A stretch of DNA of 64,000 bases from a gamma proteobacterium endosymbiont of Trioza apicalis (GTDB lineage Bacteria; Pseudomonadota; Gammaproteobacteria; Enterobacterales; G022558485). The stretch is from assembly GCA_022558485.1 (NCBI GenBank), contig CP066222.1, forward strand, positions 154,603 to 218,602, given 5' to 3'. Below, in pieces: positions 10,201 through 22,071 of the stretch (position 1 is its first letter; every line of letters begins with the position of its first letter). Made by a program: the position numbers and the translations under genes. A model generated the notes under the pieces. The model was not told the origin of the DNA. It saw only the letters and a program-made list of their open reading frames with translations, and made no database searches.

Positions 10201-10875
10201 ATGAATATTATATTAATAAAAAAATTTCAAAAAAAAATAGGTTATATTTTTAATAAATATAATCTTTTATTAAAAGCATTAACACATAGAAGTGCAAGTA
10301 AAAATAATAATGAAAGATTAGAATTTTTAGGCGACTCAATATTAAATTATGTTATAACTAATATATTATATAAAAAATTTCCTAAAGCAAATGAGGGAGA
10401 TATGAGTAGAATAAGAGCATTATTAGTAAAAAGCAAAACTCTTGCAGAAATAGGTCGTGAATTTAATTTAGGAAAATATTTAAAATTAGGACCTGGAGAA
10501 TTAAAAAGTGGAGGATTAAATAGACAATCAATTTTAGCAAATACACTAGAAGCCTTAATAGGCGGAATATTTTTAGACAGTAATATACAAACTATAAAGA
10601 AATTAATATTAACTTGGTATAAAAAACGCTTATCTAAAATAGATTTAAATGAAAAAGATCCCAAAACAAAATTACAAGAATATTTACAAGCGCGACACTT
10701 ATCAACACCATTATATTCAATAATACAAATACATGGTAATGCTCATAATCAAAAATTTATTACAAAATGTGTAATAAAAATTTCATCATATACAGTTATA
10801 GGAATAAGCACAAGTAAACGTAAGAGTGAACAAGTAGCAGCAAAAAAAATGTTAAAACTATTAAATAATATATAG
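10201..10875 (+). CDS. rnc: Ribonuclease III
   Basis: 224-aa ORF with the RNase III signature [12 protein letters not shown], a C-terminal dsRBD ([12 protein letters not shown]...[14 protein letters not shown]), and a length equal to the E. coli enzyme. Confidence 0.9.
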   Translation: MNIILIKKFQKKIGYIFNKYNLLLKALTHRSASKNNNERLEFLGDSILNYVITNILYKKFPKANEGDMSRIRALLVKSKTLAEIGREFNLGKYLKLGPGELKSGGLNRQSILANTLEALIGGIFLDSNIQTIKKLILTWYKKRLSKIDLNEKDPKTKLQEYLQARHLSTPLYSIIQIHGNAHNQKFITKCVIKISSYTVIGISTSKRKSEQVAAKKMLKLLNNI

Positions 10876-10953
10876 TAAATTAATTAATATAAAATTATTT
10901 TTAATATAAATTTAAATAATAAAATTAAATTAATATTTAAAACATTCAAGTAT

Positions 10954-12390
<1,437 letters not shown>

Positions 12391-12445
12391 TTAATTAATT
12401 AAAAATTAAATCAACAATTTTAATTTAAATAAAAGATTTTTTAAA

Positions 12446-13813
12446 TTATTTACCAATACAAAAATTTAAAAAAATTTTATCCAACAAATCCTGCGATGTA
12501 AATTTTCCAGTAATATTACAAATTAATTGATGTGATATTCGTAATTCTTCAGCTAAGAATTCAATAGGGTAATTAGACATAAATTTTTCTTTAGCTCTAA
12601 GTAAATGAATACTAGCAAGATCTAAAGCATTAATATGACGACGCCTTGCTAAAAATTTAAAATTAATATTATTATTAAATCCTGCGTTTTTTTTTAAATA
12701 ATTAAGTAACATTTTAACACCCTCACCTGAAATAGCTGAAATTGTAAAATAAAATAAATTATCTATTTTTTTAAAACCTACATCTTTAGATGTTATATTA
12801 AATTTATTAAATAATATAGTTATAGGAATATCTCTTTTAAGTTTTTTATTTAATTTTAATAATATTTTTTCTAAAGAATTAGATTTTAAAGTTAAAATAT
12901 CATTTGTTACCCAAAGAATATGATCAGCTTGTTTAACTTCCAACCAAGCTAATTTAATTCCAATACGTTCTATTTCATCATTAGTTTCACATATACCAGC
13001 TGTATCAATAATCTGCATAGGAACACCATCTACATAAATATTTTCTCGCAAAATATCTCTAGTTGTTCCTGAAATATTTGTAACAATTGCCACATCACGA
13101 TTAACAATAGTATTTAATAAACTAGATTTACCTACATTAGGTTTCCCAATAATAACAACTTTAATACCCTCACGTAATAAAACTCCTTGATAGGCTTCAC
13201 TTTTAACTATATTTATATTTGATATAATTTTATCTAAGAAAAAATTAATTTTATTATTAGATAAAGTATTTATTTCTTCATTAGGGAAATTAATAATACC
13301 TTCAATATAAACACGTAAATCAGTAATAAATTTAATTAATTTATTTATACGATTAGAAAAAAATCCACGAATAGAATTAATAGCTAAATTAACAGATTGA
13401 ACAGAATTAGCATTTATAAGATCGGATATTGCTTCAGCCTGTATTAAATCTAATTTATTATTTAAAAAAGCACGTTCTAAAAATTCACCAGGACGAGCAA
13501 TTCGAATTCCTTTATATGACAAAATGTGATTTAATAATAAATCTAAAACAATAGGACCACCATGACCTTGAAGTTCTAAAACATCTTCTCCAGTAAAAGA
13601 ATTAGGAGATAAAAAAAATAATGCAATACCATAATCTAAATGAATATTATTTTTACCTAAAAAAGGTAAATATTCTGCTTTACGAGGATAAAGTAATTTA
13701 CCCAATAATATATAAGATATTTTAGAAACTAAAGAACCAGAAATCCGTAAAATACCTATGCCACCTCTTCCATATGGAGTAGCAATAGCAACAATAGTAT
13801 CTATTTGTTTCAT
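12446..13813 (-). CDS. mnmE: tRNA modification GTPase MnmE (TrmE)
   Basis: 455-aa ORF with DTIVAIATPYGRGGIGILRISG at the N-terminus, the G-domain GKPNVGKSSLLN / DTAG, and the C-terminal FCIGK motif. Confidence 0.95.
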   Translation of the reverse strand: MKQIDTIVAIATPYGRGGIGILRISGSLVSKISYILLGKLLYPRKAEYLPFLGKNNIHLDYGIALFFLSPNSFTGEDVLELQGHGGPIVLDLLLNHILSYKGIRIARPGEFLERAFLNNKLDLIQAEAISDLINANSVQSVNLAINSIRGFFSNRINKLIKFITDLRVYIEGIINFPNEEINTLSNNKINFFLDKIISNINIVKSEAYQGVLLREGIKVVIIGKPNVGKSSLLNTIVNRDVAIVTNISGTTRDILRENIYVDGVPMQIIDTAGICETNDEIERIGIKLAWLEVKQADHILWVTNDILTLKSNSLEKILLKLNKKLKRDIPITILFNKFNITSKDVGFKKIDNLFYFTISAISGEGVKMLLNYLKKNAGFNNNINFKFLARRRHINALDLASIHLLRAKEKFMSNYPIEFLAEELRISHQLICNITGKFTSQDLLDKIFLNFCIGK

Positions 13814-13842
13814 TTAATAAACCTAATATAAATAATAAAAAA

Positions 13843-15474
13843 TTAAAATTTTTTATCATTTAATTTACATAAATCTAATTCATTAAAAATAAAAAATTGC
13901 TGAAAAATAGTTATTACATTATTTACTATATAATACAAAACTAAACCAGATGGTAACCAAAGAAAAAAAATTGTAAATAAACATGGCGTTAATAATATAA
14001 ATTTTTTATTATTAGAATTATTTAAAGTATTAAAGGATGTTTTTTGAACATAAAACATAGTTATACCCATTAATATAGGTAATATATAATAATGATCATA
14101 AGATGAAAGATCATTTATCCATAAAATAAATGGAGAATGACGTAACTCTATAGATTCAGATAAAGTATTATACAATGCTAAAAATATAGGCATTTGAATA
14201 ATCATTAATAAAAAACCACCTAATGGATTAACTTTTTCCTTTTTATATAATTTAATTATTTCCAAACCTTGAAGTTGATTATTAGTAACAAATTTTTCAC
14301 GTATTTTTTTTAATTTTGATTTAAGTAAATGCATTTTAATCATTGATATATATTGAGCTTTGGTTAAAGGATACATAATAAAACGAATTATTAAAGTAAT
14401 AATAATTATTGATAAACCCCAATTATAACTATAATTATAAATAAATTTTAATAATTTAAACAAAGGTTTGGATATAAACCATAGCCAACCATAATCAACC
14501 ATTAAATCTAAATGTGGAGCAACTAACAACATTTTATCTTGAATTTTAGGACCCATCCACAATACAGCACCTACATTAGTTTGATTACCTGGATAAATAA
14601 TAAAAGGTTTACTTTTAAAACCTATAATTATTTGTTTTTCTTTTTTTAAAAAATTAGAATATAATATATTTTTTTCTGAAAAATTAGGTATAAAAACAGT
14701 AGCAAAATATTTTTGAAACATAGAAATCCAATTAACATTAATATGAGAATTTAAATTTATTTCTTCAACATTTTTAAAACTATATTTTTTATATTTATCA
14801 TTAATATCATAATAAGCAAAATTACGATAATCATAAGATTGAGATAAAAAATTATTATGTAATAAAGGTAAATTTATAGATTGCTTAAGTTGACCATAAA
14901 ATATTAACTCTAAAGGTGTATTACTCATATTAATAATATTATATTTAATATTACAATTAAAATTACCACGCTTAAAAATAAAAGTTTTAATATAAATTAT
15001 ATTGTCAGAAGATATATATATTAATGGCACATGTAATTCATTTTGATTATTTTTTAAAATATATAAATCTTTATTAACATTAAAAAGAGGCTCATCATAA
15101 TTAATTAATTTATTTTGTTTATTATTAACAATACCACTTTGAGCTTGATAAATAAAATTTTTAGAAGTTACAAATAAATTTAATGGTTGCATTGAATTAA
15201 ATTTATCATTATAAGTTAATAAAGAAACCTGATTAATATTACCGCCTCTAGTACCAATTTTTAAAGATAATACATCAGTTATTACACTTATAATTTGTTC
15301 TTGTTTTTTTAAAATTAATGATTTTTTTAAATCACCTACTATATTATTAAAATTAGAAATCTCTTGTGAATATAATGTTGTAGGTTTAATAAAATTATCT
15401 ATTTTTAGAAATTGCCACATTATAAAAAATAAAAAAAGTAAAACTATGACAATAAAATTTCTTCGAAAATACAT
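13843..15474 (-). CDS. yidC: Membrane protein insertase YidC
   Basis: 543-aa ORF with one N-terminal TM segment, a large periplasmic domain and the conserved C-terminal 5-TM core (YGWLWFISKPLF, PLGGFLLMIIQMPIFLALY). Positioned between rnpA and mnmE. Confidence 0.9.
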   Translation of the reverse strand: MYFRRNFIVIVLLFLFFIMWQFLKIDNFIKPTTLYSQEISNFNNIVGDLKKSLILKKQEQIISVITDVLSLKIGTRGGNINQVSLLTYNDKFNSMQPLNLFVTSKNFIYQAQSGIVNNKQNKLINYDEPLFNVNKDLYILKNNQNELHVPLIYISSDNIIYIKTFIFKRGNFNCNIKYNIINMSNTPLELIFYGQLKQSINLPLLHNNFLSQSYDYRNFAYYDINDKYKKYSFKNVEEINLNSHINVNWISMFQKYFATVFIPNFSEKNILYSNFLKKEKQIIIGFKSKPFIIYPGNQTNVGAVLWMGPKIQDKMLLVAPHLDLMVDYGWLWFISKPLFKLLKFIYNYSYNWGLSIIIITLIIRFIMYPLTKAQYISMIKMHLLKSKLKKIREKFVTNNQLQGLEIIKLYKKEKVNPLGGFLLMIIQMPIFLALYNTLSESIELRHSPFILWINDLSSYDHYYILPILMGITMFYVQKTSFNTLNNSNNKKFILLTPCLFTIFFLWLPSGLVLYYIVNNVITIFQQFFIFNELDLCKLNDKKF

Positions 15475-15672
15475 TTCTATTGATCTCTAGAATCATGATT
15501 AGTTTTTTTTGGTAATAAAAAATTTAACTATCTAAACTAGATTTAGAATATTAAATATAAACTTTAAATTAACCAAAAACTATTAAATATACCAACATAT
15601 TTATAATATAATTTTATATCTTAAATTTAAATTAAGAATTAAATATAATTAAAATTAACTTTTTATAAAAAA

Positions 15673-16017
15673 TTAACAATAATAATTATACCATAATTTA
15701 TTTAATAATTTTGTTACAATATTATTATTAAATATAAATTCTTTTTTTTTAAAAATAACTATAAAATCCATACTATAAAGCATATGTTGATGTATTCTAA
15801 AACTTTCACGTATTAAACGTTTAATAAGATTGCGTTCATGGGATTTTTTAATATATTTTTTAGAAATTATTAAACCAATACGCGAATAACCTAATAAATT
15901 AACACAATTTAACATAATTATATATGATGTTTTAATTATTTGAGATTGTTTAAAAACCAAGGTAAAACAAGAAGGTTTTAATAAACGTACCTTTTTAGTA
16001 AAAGTAAATTTTATCAC
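15673..16017 (-). CDS. rnpA: RNase P protein component
   Basis: 114-aa basic ORF with [27 protein letters not shown] (the RNR motif region). It lies directly downstream of rpmH. Confidence 0.85.
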   Translation of the reverse strand: MIKFTFTKKVRLLKPSCFTLVFKQSQIIKTSYIIMLNCVNLLGYSRIGLIISKKYIKKSHERNLIKRLIRESFRIHQHMLYSMDFIVIFKKKEFIFNNNIVTKLLNKLWYNYYC

Positions 16018-16029
16018 TTAAATAAAATT

Positions 16030-16173
16030 TTATTTAGAAGAAACTGTTAAATATAAACGACCCTTTGAACGACGACGTGATAAAATTTTTCGACCATTTT
16101 TTGTTAACATCCTATTACGATAACCATGTTTACGATTACGTTTTAATAAAGAAGGTTGGAAAGTACGTTTCAT
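16030..16173 (-). CDS. rpmH: 50S ribosomal protein L34
   Basis: Not in the ORF track because it is too short. Hand translation of the minus strand gives [47 protein letters not shown] (47 aa), nearly the E. coli L34 sequence. The stop codon is 13 nt before the rnpA start. Confidence 0.9.
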   Translation of the reverse strand: MKRTFQPSLLKRNRKHGYRNRMLTKNGRKILSRRRSKGRLYLTVSSK

Positions 16174-16353
16174 AAAACACCTGAAATTAAATATAAATAA
16201 ATAATTTATATATATCTTATTATAATAAAAATTATTTATTAAAAAAATAAATATTAAAAATATAAAAATATAATAAATATTTATAATATCATAAAATAAT
16301 AAATTATTAAAATATAAATATAAAAATTAAAATATAATTATATTAGTAATTCT

Positions 16354-17292
16354 TCAAAAAATTACTTTATTAAAACCTGCCATTAATGCTAATAATGCTT
16401 GACGAGCATAAATACCATTACGTGCTTGTTGAAAATAATAAGCATAAGGTGTATTATCTATTTCATAAGGTATTTCATTCATTCTTGGTAATGGATGTAA
16501 TATCCTTAAATTATCACGAGCTAAAAAAAACATTTTAGTATTTAAAATATGATTTGTTTTAATATTAGAATATTCTAATAAAGTCAGTCTTTCCTTTTGA
16601 ATACGTGTCATATATAAAATATCTAATTTGTTAATTATTTCATCAATACTATTATGAATACTATAATTAATATTTTTATTTTTCAATATATCTAAAATAC
16701 TGAGTGGTATAAATAATGTTGAAGTAGGAATAAAATAAAATCGATTATAACCAAATTTAGATAATGCTTTTACTAAAGAATGAACAGTACGATTATATTT
16801 TAAATCACCAACCATAGCAACATTAAGATTATTTAACTTACCTTGAGTCTCATAAATACTAAAAATATCTAATATAGTTTGAGAAGGATGCTCATTAGAA
16901 CCATCACCAGCATTTAAAATAGGAACACATTTAGAAAAATTAGAAATCATATTTATAATTCCTTCTTTAGGATGACGCATAATAATAACATCTACATAAC
17001 TACTTATAATTGACATAGTATCCACTAATGACTCATCTTTAACATTAGTAAAAACAGAATTATTATTATAAAAACTAACTATAGATGCACCAAGAAGTTG
17101 ACTTGCAATTTCAAAAGACAATCGCGTACGTATTGAAGGCTCATAAAAACAATTAGCAATAATTTTATTTTTTAATAAAAAAGGTTGAGGTTTTAATTTA
17201 AGTGCTTTAATGGTTTTTAATATTAATTTCAATTCTAAAATACTTAAATTATTCATTGAAATAATATGTTTTTGATAAAGCGGATTATTCAT
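16354..17292 (-). CDS. pyrB: Aspartate carbamoyltransferase catalytic chain
   Basis: 312-aa ORF with PSIRTRLSFE, the HPSQ motif (EHPSQTILD) and HPLPR. The length matches E. coli PyrB. No pyrI follows it. Confidence 0.95.
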   Translation of the reverse strand: MNNPLYQKHIISMNNLSILELKLILKTIKALKLKPQPFLLKNKIIANCFYEPSIRTRLSFEIASQLLGASIVSFYNNNSVFTNVKDESLVDTMSIISSYVDVIIMRHPKEGIINMISNFSKCVPILNAGDGSNEHPSQTILDIFSIYETQGKLNNLNVAMVGDLKYNRTVHSLVKALSKFGYNRFYFIPTSTLFIPLSILDILKNKNINYSIHNSIDEIINKLDILYMTRIQKERLTLLEYSNIKTNHILNTKMFFLARDNLRILHPLPRMNEIPYEIDNTPYAYYFQQARNGIYARQALLALMAGFNKVIF

Positions 17293-17564
17293 ATTAATTC
17301 CTTAAAATTAAATTAGATATTAATAAAAAAAATATAAATAGAATATTTTTAGATTTAAAAATCTATTAAAAATATTAAAAATTCATTATATATAAATATT
17401 TAATAAATTTCAATAAATAATTTTAAATATAATTAATATTGATTAATATAAATAAAAATTGTATAATATAATTTATTTTTATAAAAATAAATATTAATTA
17501 TTAATATAAATAATTTATTTTAATGTAAACAATAAAAAAAAAAAAATAAAAAGGAAGAAAATTA

Positions 17565-17900
17565 ATGAATAAAACAATAAAAAAAATAAAAGATCAATTA
17601 TTGAATAATCCAATCATTTTATATATGAAAGGTTCTCCAAAAATACCAACTTGCGGATTTTCTTTAAAAGCTGTAGAAATTTTAAAAAATTGTGGTGAAA
17701 AATTTGCTTATATAGATGTAATAATAAATAATGATATAAGAATTGAATTACCAAAATTTTCAAATTGGCCAACATTTCCACAATTATGGATTAATAATAA
17801 ATTAATTGGAGGATATGATATAATGAAAGAAATGCAAAAAAATGGAGAATTAAAATTATTAATAAAAAAAACAATAAAAAAATATAATAAAAAAAACTAA
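17565..17900 (+). CDS. grxD: Monothiol glutaredoxin (Grx4 type)
   Basis: 111-aa ORF with the CGFS active site (PKIPTCGFS) and WPTFPQLWINNKLIGGYDI. An AAAGGAAG Shine-Dalgarno lies upstream. Confidence 0.9.
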   Translation: MNKTIKKIKDQLLNNPIILYMKGSPKIPTCGFSLKAVEILKNCGEKFAYIDVIINNDIRIELPKFSNWPTFPQLWINNKLIGGYDIMKEMQKNGELKLLIKKTIKKYNKKN

Positions 17901-17965
17901 ATTTAAATTAAAATAATAAACATATAGATATTAAAATTTTAATTATTAATATAATTAACATCTAA

Positions 17966-18937
<972 letters not shown>

Positions 18938-18984
18938 TATTAAGAGTTTTAATTAATAACAATATTATATATCATTAAATTAAT

Positions 18985-19090
18985 GGGGGGTTGTATATTA
19001 TTAAATTTTTTTTATAAATCTGGTCAGGTCTGGAAAGAAGCAGCCATAATAAAATTAATTTAAATATAAACTTATACATAAAAACCCCCA
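18985..19090 (+). ncRNA. ffs: 4.5S RNA (signal recognition particle RNA); ends approximate
   Basis: GGGGGG at 18985-18990 pairs with CCCCC at 19085-19089 to close a long hairpin. The apex carries the SRP domain IV consensus TGGTCAGGTCTGGAAAGAAGCAGCCA (E. coli: CAGGUCAGGUCCGGAAGGAAGCAGCCA), including the GGAA tetraloop. Confidence 0.8.
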
Positions 19091-19141
19091 TTATATATTA
19101 ATTTTAATTTAATAATAATTATTTAATAACTATTTTAAAAA

Positions 19142-20104
19142 TTAAATTGATGAAATAATTACATTAGCTTTTTCTATAATATCTGAAGTATATGAAACCC
19201 TTAATTCTTCAATTAATGATAAAAACATTGATGCCTCAATTTTGTTAGCCTTCATTAAAAAAACTTTCTCTTCTAATAAATTTAACATTCCATAACGTGG
19301 ATTATCCATATTATCAGAAATATTTTTTTTTTTAAAAATAAATAAATCATTAAAATCCAATTTAAAAGTTATTTTATTATAACTCTTATAACTTCTTCCT
19401 ATTTTTTCTATAATAAAACCACGATTAAATTTTTTTCTAAAAGACCATATACCTTTAGATTTTAAAACAATATTCTTAATGGGATTAATTAATGTAGCTC
19501 TTTTAAATCTAGAAAAATCCACATAATCACTTATTGAAACACCAAGCATATTACAAAAATCCTCTATAGAAACAGTAAAATCTTTAACACCCTTAAATCT
19601 ACTTATTAATTCCAATATTCTCTTTTCATAACCACCTCTTAAAGATAATAATAATGTTATATCTATTTCTGAAAATCCAGAAGAATACTCAAGAAGATAT
19701 TTAGCAGCATCCTTATCCATTCTAATAAATAAAACACCATCTTCAAATAAAGCTTTACTTATTACAACAACCTTATTAAACATTTTTTTTTTAGGATCTT
19801 TTATCTCTAATATTTTACCCATAACTTTTGTGCCATCATATAAAGCTTTATATAAACCCTGCCTAGTTAAATGAAAATATTCTTCAAGATCTTTAGCATA
19901 ATATCTAAATTCAAAAATAATATCATTAGAAATAGAATTACTAAATTTTTCTTTATCTTGATTAGATTTTAAAGATTTAACTAAAAGTGTTATTAAATCT
20001 TGCTCTCTAGGTTTTAAATTCATACGGCTAGTAATTAATTGATGAGATTTTTTAACTGTAATTAAATTTTTCAAAATTTTCCTTATAAAATAACAATTAT
20101 TCAT
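19142..20104 (-). CDS. Hypothetical protein with a plasmid iteron-type replication initiator (Rep_3 / RepE / pi-like, double winged-helix) motif pattern
   Basis: 320-aa ORF on the same strand as rpoD. Its ATG lies 8 nt after the rpoD stop codon. Segments KSHQLITSRMNLKPREQDLITLLV, FRYYAKDLEEYFHLTRQGLYKALYDGTKVMGKILEI and FSEIDITLLLSLRGGYEKRILELISRFKG..FTVSIEDFCNMLGVS..DYVDFSRFKRATLINPIKNI follow the remembered Rep_3 profile pattern. Composition is balanced (not Ile/Lys/Asn-degenerate), so the ORF itself is very likely real. The family call is by eye only. Confidence 0.55.
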   Translation of the reverse strand: MNNCYFIRKILKNLITVKKSHQLITSRMNLKPREQDLITLLVKSLKSNQDKEKFSNSISNDIIFEFRYYAKDLEEYFHLTRQGLYKALYDGTKVMGKILEIKDPKKKMFNKVVVISKALFEDGVLFIRMDKDAAKYLLEYSSGFSEIDITLLLSLRGGYEKRILELISRFKGVKDFTVSIEDFCNMLGVSISDYVDFSRFKRATLINPIKNIVLKSKGIWSFRKKFNRGFIIEKIGRSYKSYNKITFKLDFNDLFIFKKKNISDNMDNPRYGMLNLLEEKVFLMKANKIEASMFLSLIEELRVSYTSDIIEKANVIISSI

Positions 20105-20112
20105 AATATATA

Positions 20113-22005
20113 TTAATCATCTAAAAAAGTACGTAATATATCAGATCTACTAGGATGACGTAATTTACGTAATGCTTTTGCTTCTATTTGACGAATGCGC
20201 TCACGAGTAACATTAAATTTCTTACCAACTTCTTCTAATGTGTGATCATTATTCATATCAATACCAAATCTCATACGTAAAACTTTAGCCTCTCTAATAG
20301 TTAAATCAGATAAAACATTTTTAGTAACAGATTTTAAACTCTCAGATGTGGCTAAATCTAACGGTAACTCTAACGTAACATCTTCAATAAAATCACCTAA
20401 ATTAGAATCTTCATCATCACCAACTGGTGTCTCCATTGATATTGGTTCTTTAGCAATTTTTAATATTTTACGAATTTTAATTTCTGAAATCATCATGCGT
20501 TTAGATAAATCCTCTGGAGATGGTTCATGTCCATTTTCTTGTAACATTTGACGAGAAATACGATTTAATTTATTTATTGTTTCAATCATATGTACTGGAA
20601 TTCGAATAGTGCGTGCTTGATCAGCAATAGAACGTGTAATTGATTGACGTATCCACCAAGTGGCATAAGTAGAAAATTTATAACCACGTCTATATTCAAA
20701 TTTATCAACTGCTTTCATTAAACCTATATTTCCTTCTTGAATTAAATCTAAAAATTGCAAACCACGATTAATATATTTTTTTGCAATAGATATAACTAAA
20801 CGTAAATTAGCTTCAATCATTTCTTTTTTAGCATTATTAATTTTTATAACACAAGTGGATATAATATTATTAATATTCTTTAATTCATTTAAACTTAAAT
20901 TTGTACTTTTTTCAATATCACGTATTTCTTTTAAATAAAAATATATATTTTTACTAAATTTATTTAATTTTTTTGACCATAACTCATTTTTTTCTAATAA
21001 AGAACCAAAAAACCCTATATTAATTTTATTTTTATACATTATTTTAATTAAAATTTTTTCAGGTAAATTACAAACTTTAATAAATAAATTAATAACTAAA
21101 TCTTCATAATAACAAACGCGATCAATTAACATACGAATATTATTAATAAAATATTCAAAGTATTTTGGTGTTAATTTAAATTGTTTAAAAATATTATAAA
21201 GATTGTTAATTTCTTTAAAAGAGTCAACATGATCACGACCATTAATACTAATTATAGATTTAGTAATATTATACTGCTTGCGTAATTCTGAAAATTTTTG
21301 ACAAGCTAAATTTGGATCTATATGATTATCAATATCTGCATCACTATTATTACAAGTTTCATTAAAAGAAAGATTATCTTTTTTTAGATTAATATTTTTA
21401 TTTTTAAAATTAACATTGCTCTTTATATTTTTATTAACTGATAATTTAAAATTATTACTAACAGAAAAAGATAAAATCTCTTTATTATTATTAAAATCAA
21501 TAAAACCAACAATAATATCAGAAAGACGTAATATACCAGCTTCAACACGCTCATATTGATCAATTATATAAGAAACAGATTTTGGGTACTTTATAACTAA
21601 ACGTTGAATTTGATTTATACCATCTTCAATACGCTTAGCTAACATTATTTCACCCTCACGAGATAAAAGATCAACAGTACCCATTTCACGCATATACATA
21701 CGTATTGGATCAATATTATATCCAACTTCAGAATCAATATTTAAAAGATTTTGACTAGATAATTCTTTAGTACTTTCATAAAAATTAGACAAACTCTCAT
21801 AATCTAATATAATATTATTAATATTTAATGTTTTTTCTAAAACTTTAATACCTGCATCATTAATTAATCTAATAATTTCTTTAATTTGCATAGACTCAAA
21901 AACATCATTAAGCAAATAATCATTAATATCTGAGAAGGTTAAATAACCTTTTTCTTTACCAAGAGTAATAAGCAATTTAAACTTATATTTTAAATTTTTA
22001 TTCAT
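20113..22005 (-). CDS. rpoD: RNA polymerase sigma-70 factor
   Basis: 630-aa ORF with highly conserved regions 2-4 ([58 protein letters not shown]; [15 protein letters not shown]; [30 protein letters not shown]). Downstream of dnaG. Confidence 0.95.
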   Translation of the reverse strand: MNKNLKYKFKLLITLGKEKGYLTFSDINDYLLNDVFESMQIKEIIRLINDAGIKVLEKTLNINNIILDYESLSNFYESTKELSSQNLLNIDSEVGYNIDPIRMYMREMGTVDLLSREGEIMLAKRIEDGINQIQRLVIKYPKSVSYIIDQYERVEAGILRLSDIIVGFIDFNNNKEILSFSVSNNFKLSVNKNIKSNVNFKNKNINLKKDNLSFNETCNNSDADIDNHIDPNLACQKFSELRKQYNITKSIISINGRDHVDSFKEINNLYNIFKQFKLTPKYFEYFINNIRMLIDRVCYYEDLVINLFIKVCNLPEKILIKIMYKNKINIGFFGSLLEKNELWSKKLNKFSKNIYFYLKEIRDIEKSTNLSLNELKNINNIISTCVIKINNAKKEMIEANLRLVISIAKKYINRGLQFLDLIQEGNIGLMKAVDKFEYRRGYKFSTYATWWIRQSITRSIADQARTIRIPVHMIETINKLNRISRQMLQENGHEPSPEDLSKRMMISEIKIRKILKIAKEPISMETPVGDDEDSNLGDFIEDVTLELPLDLATSESLKSVTKNVLSDLTIREAKVLRMRFGIDMNNDHTLEEVGKKFNVTRERIRQIEAKALRKLRHPSRSDILRTFLDD

Positions 22006-22071
22006 AATAAATATCCATTTATCTTATATAAGATATTAATAAAATTATTTTAAATAATTTAAATATTTAAA

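Noticed and set aside
15475-15672. Possible yidD gene or remnant between rnpA and yidC
   Set aside because: The gap is only 198 nt, no ORF is present and no YidD-like translation is visible in any frame. I treat it as deleted. A 10-bp palindrome AATCATGATT at 15491-15500 is within chance expectation for 64 kb.
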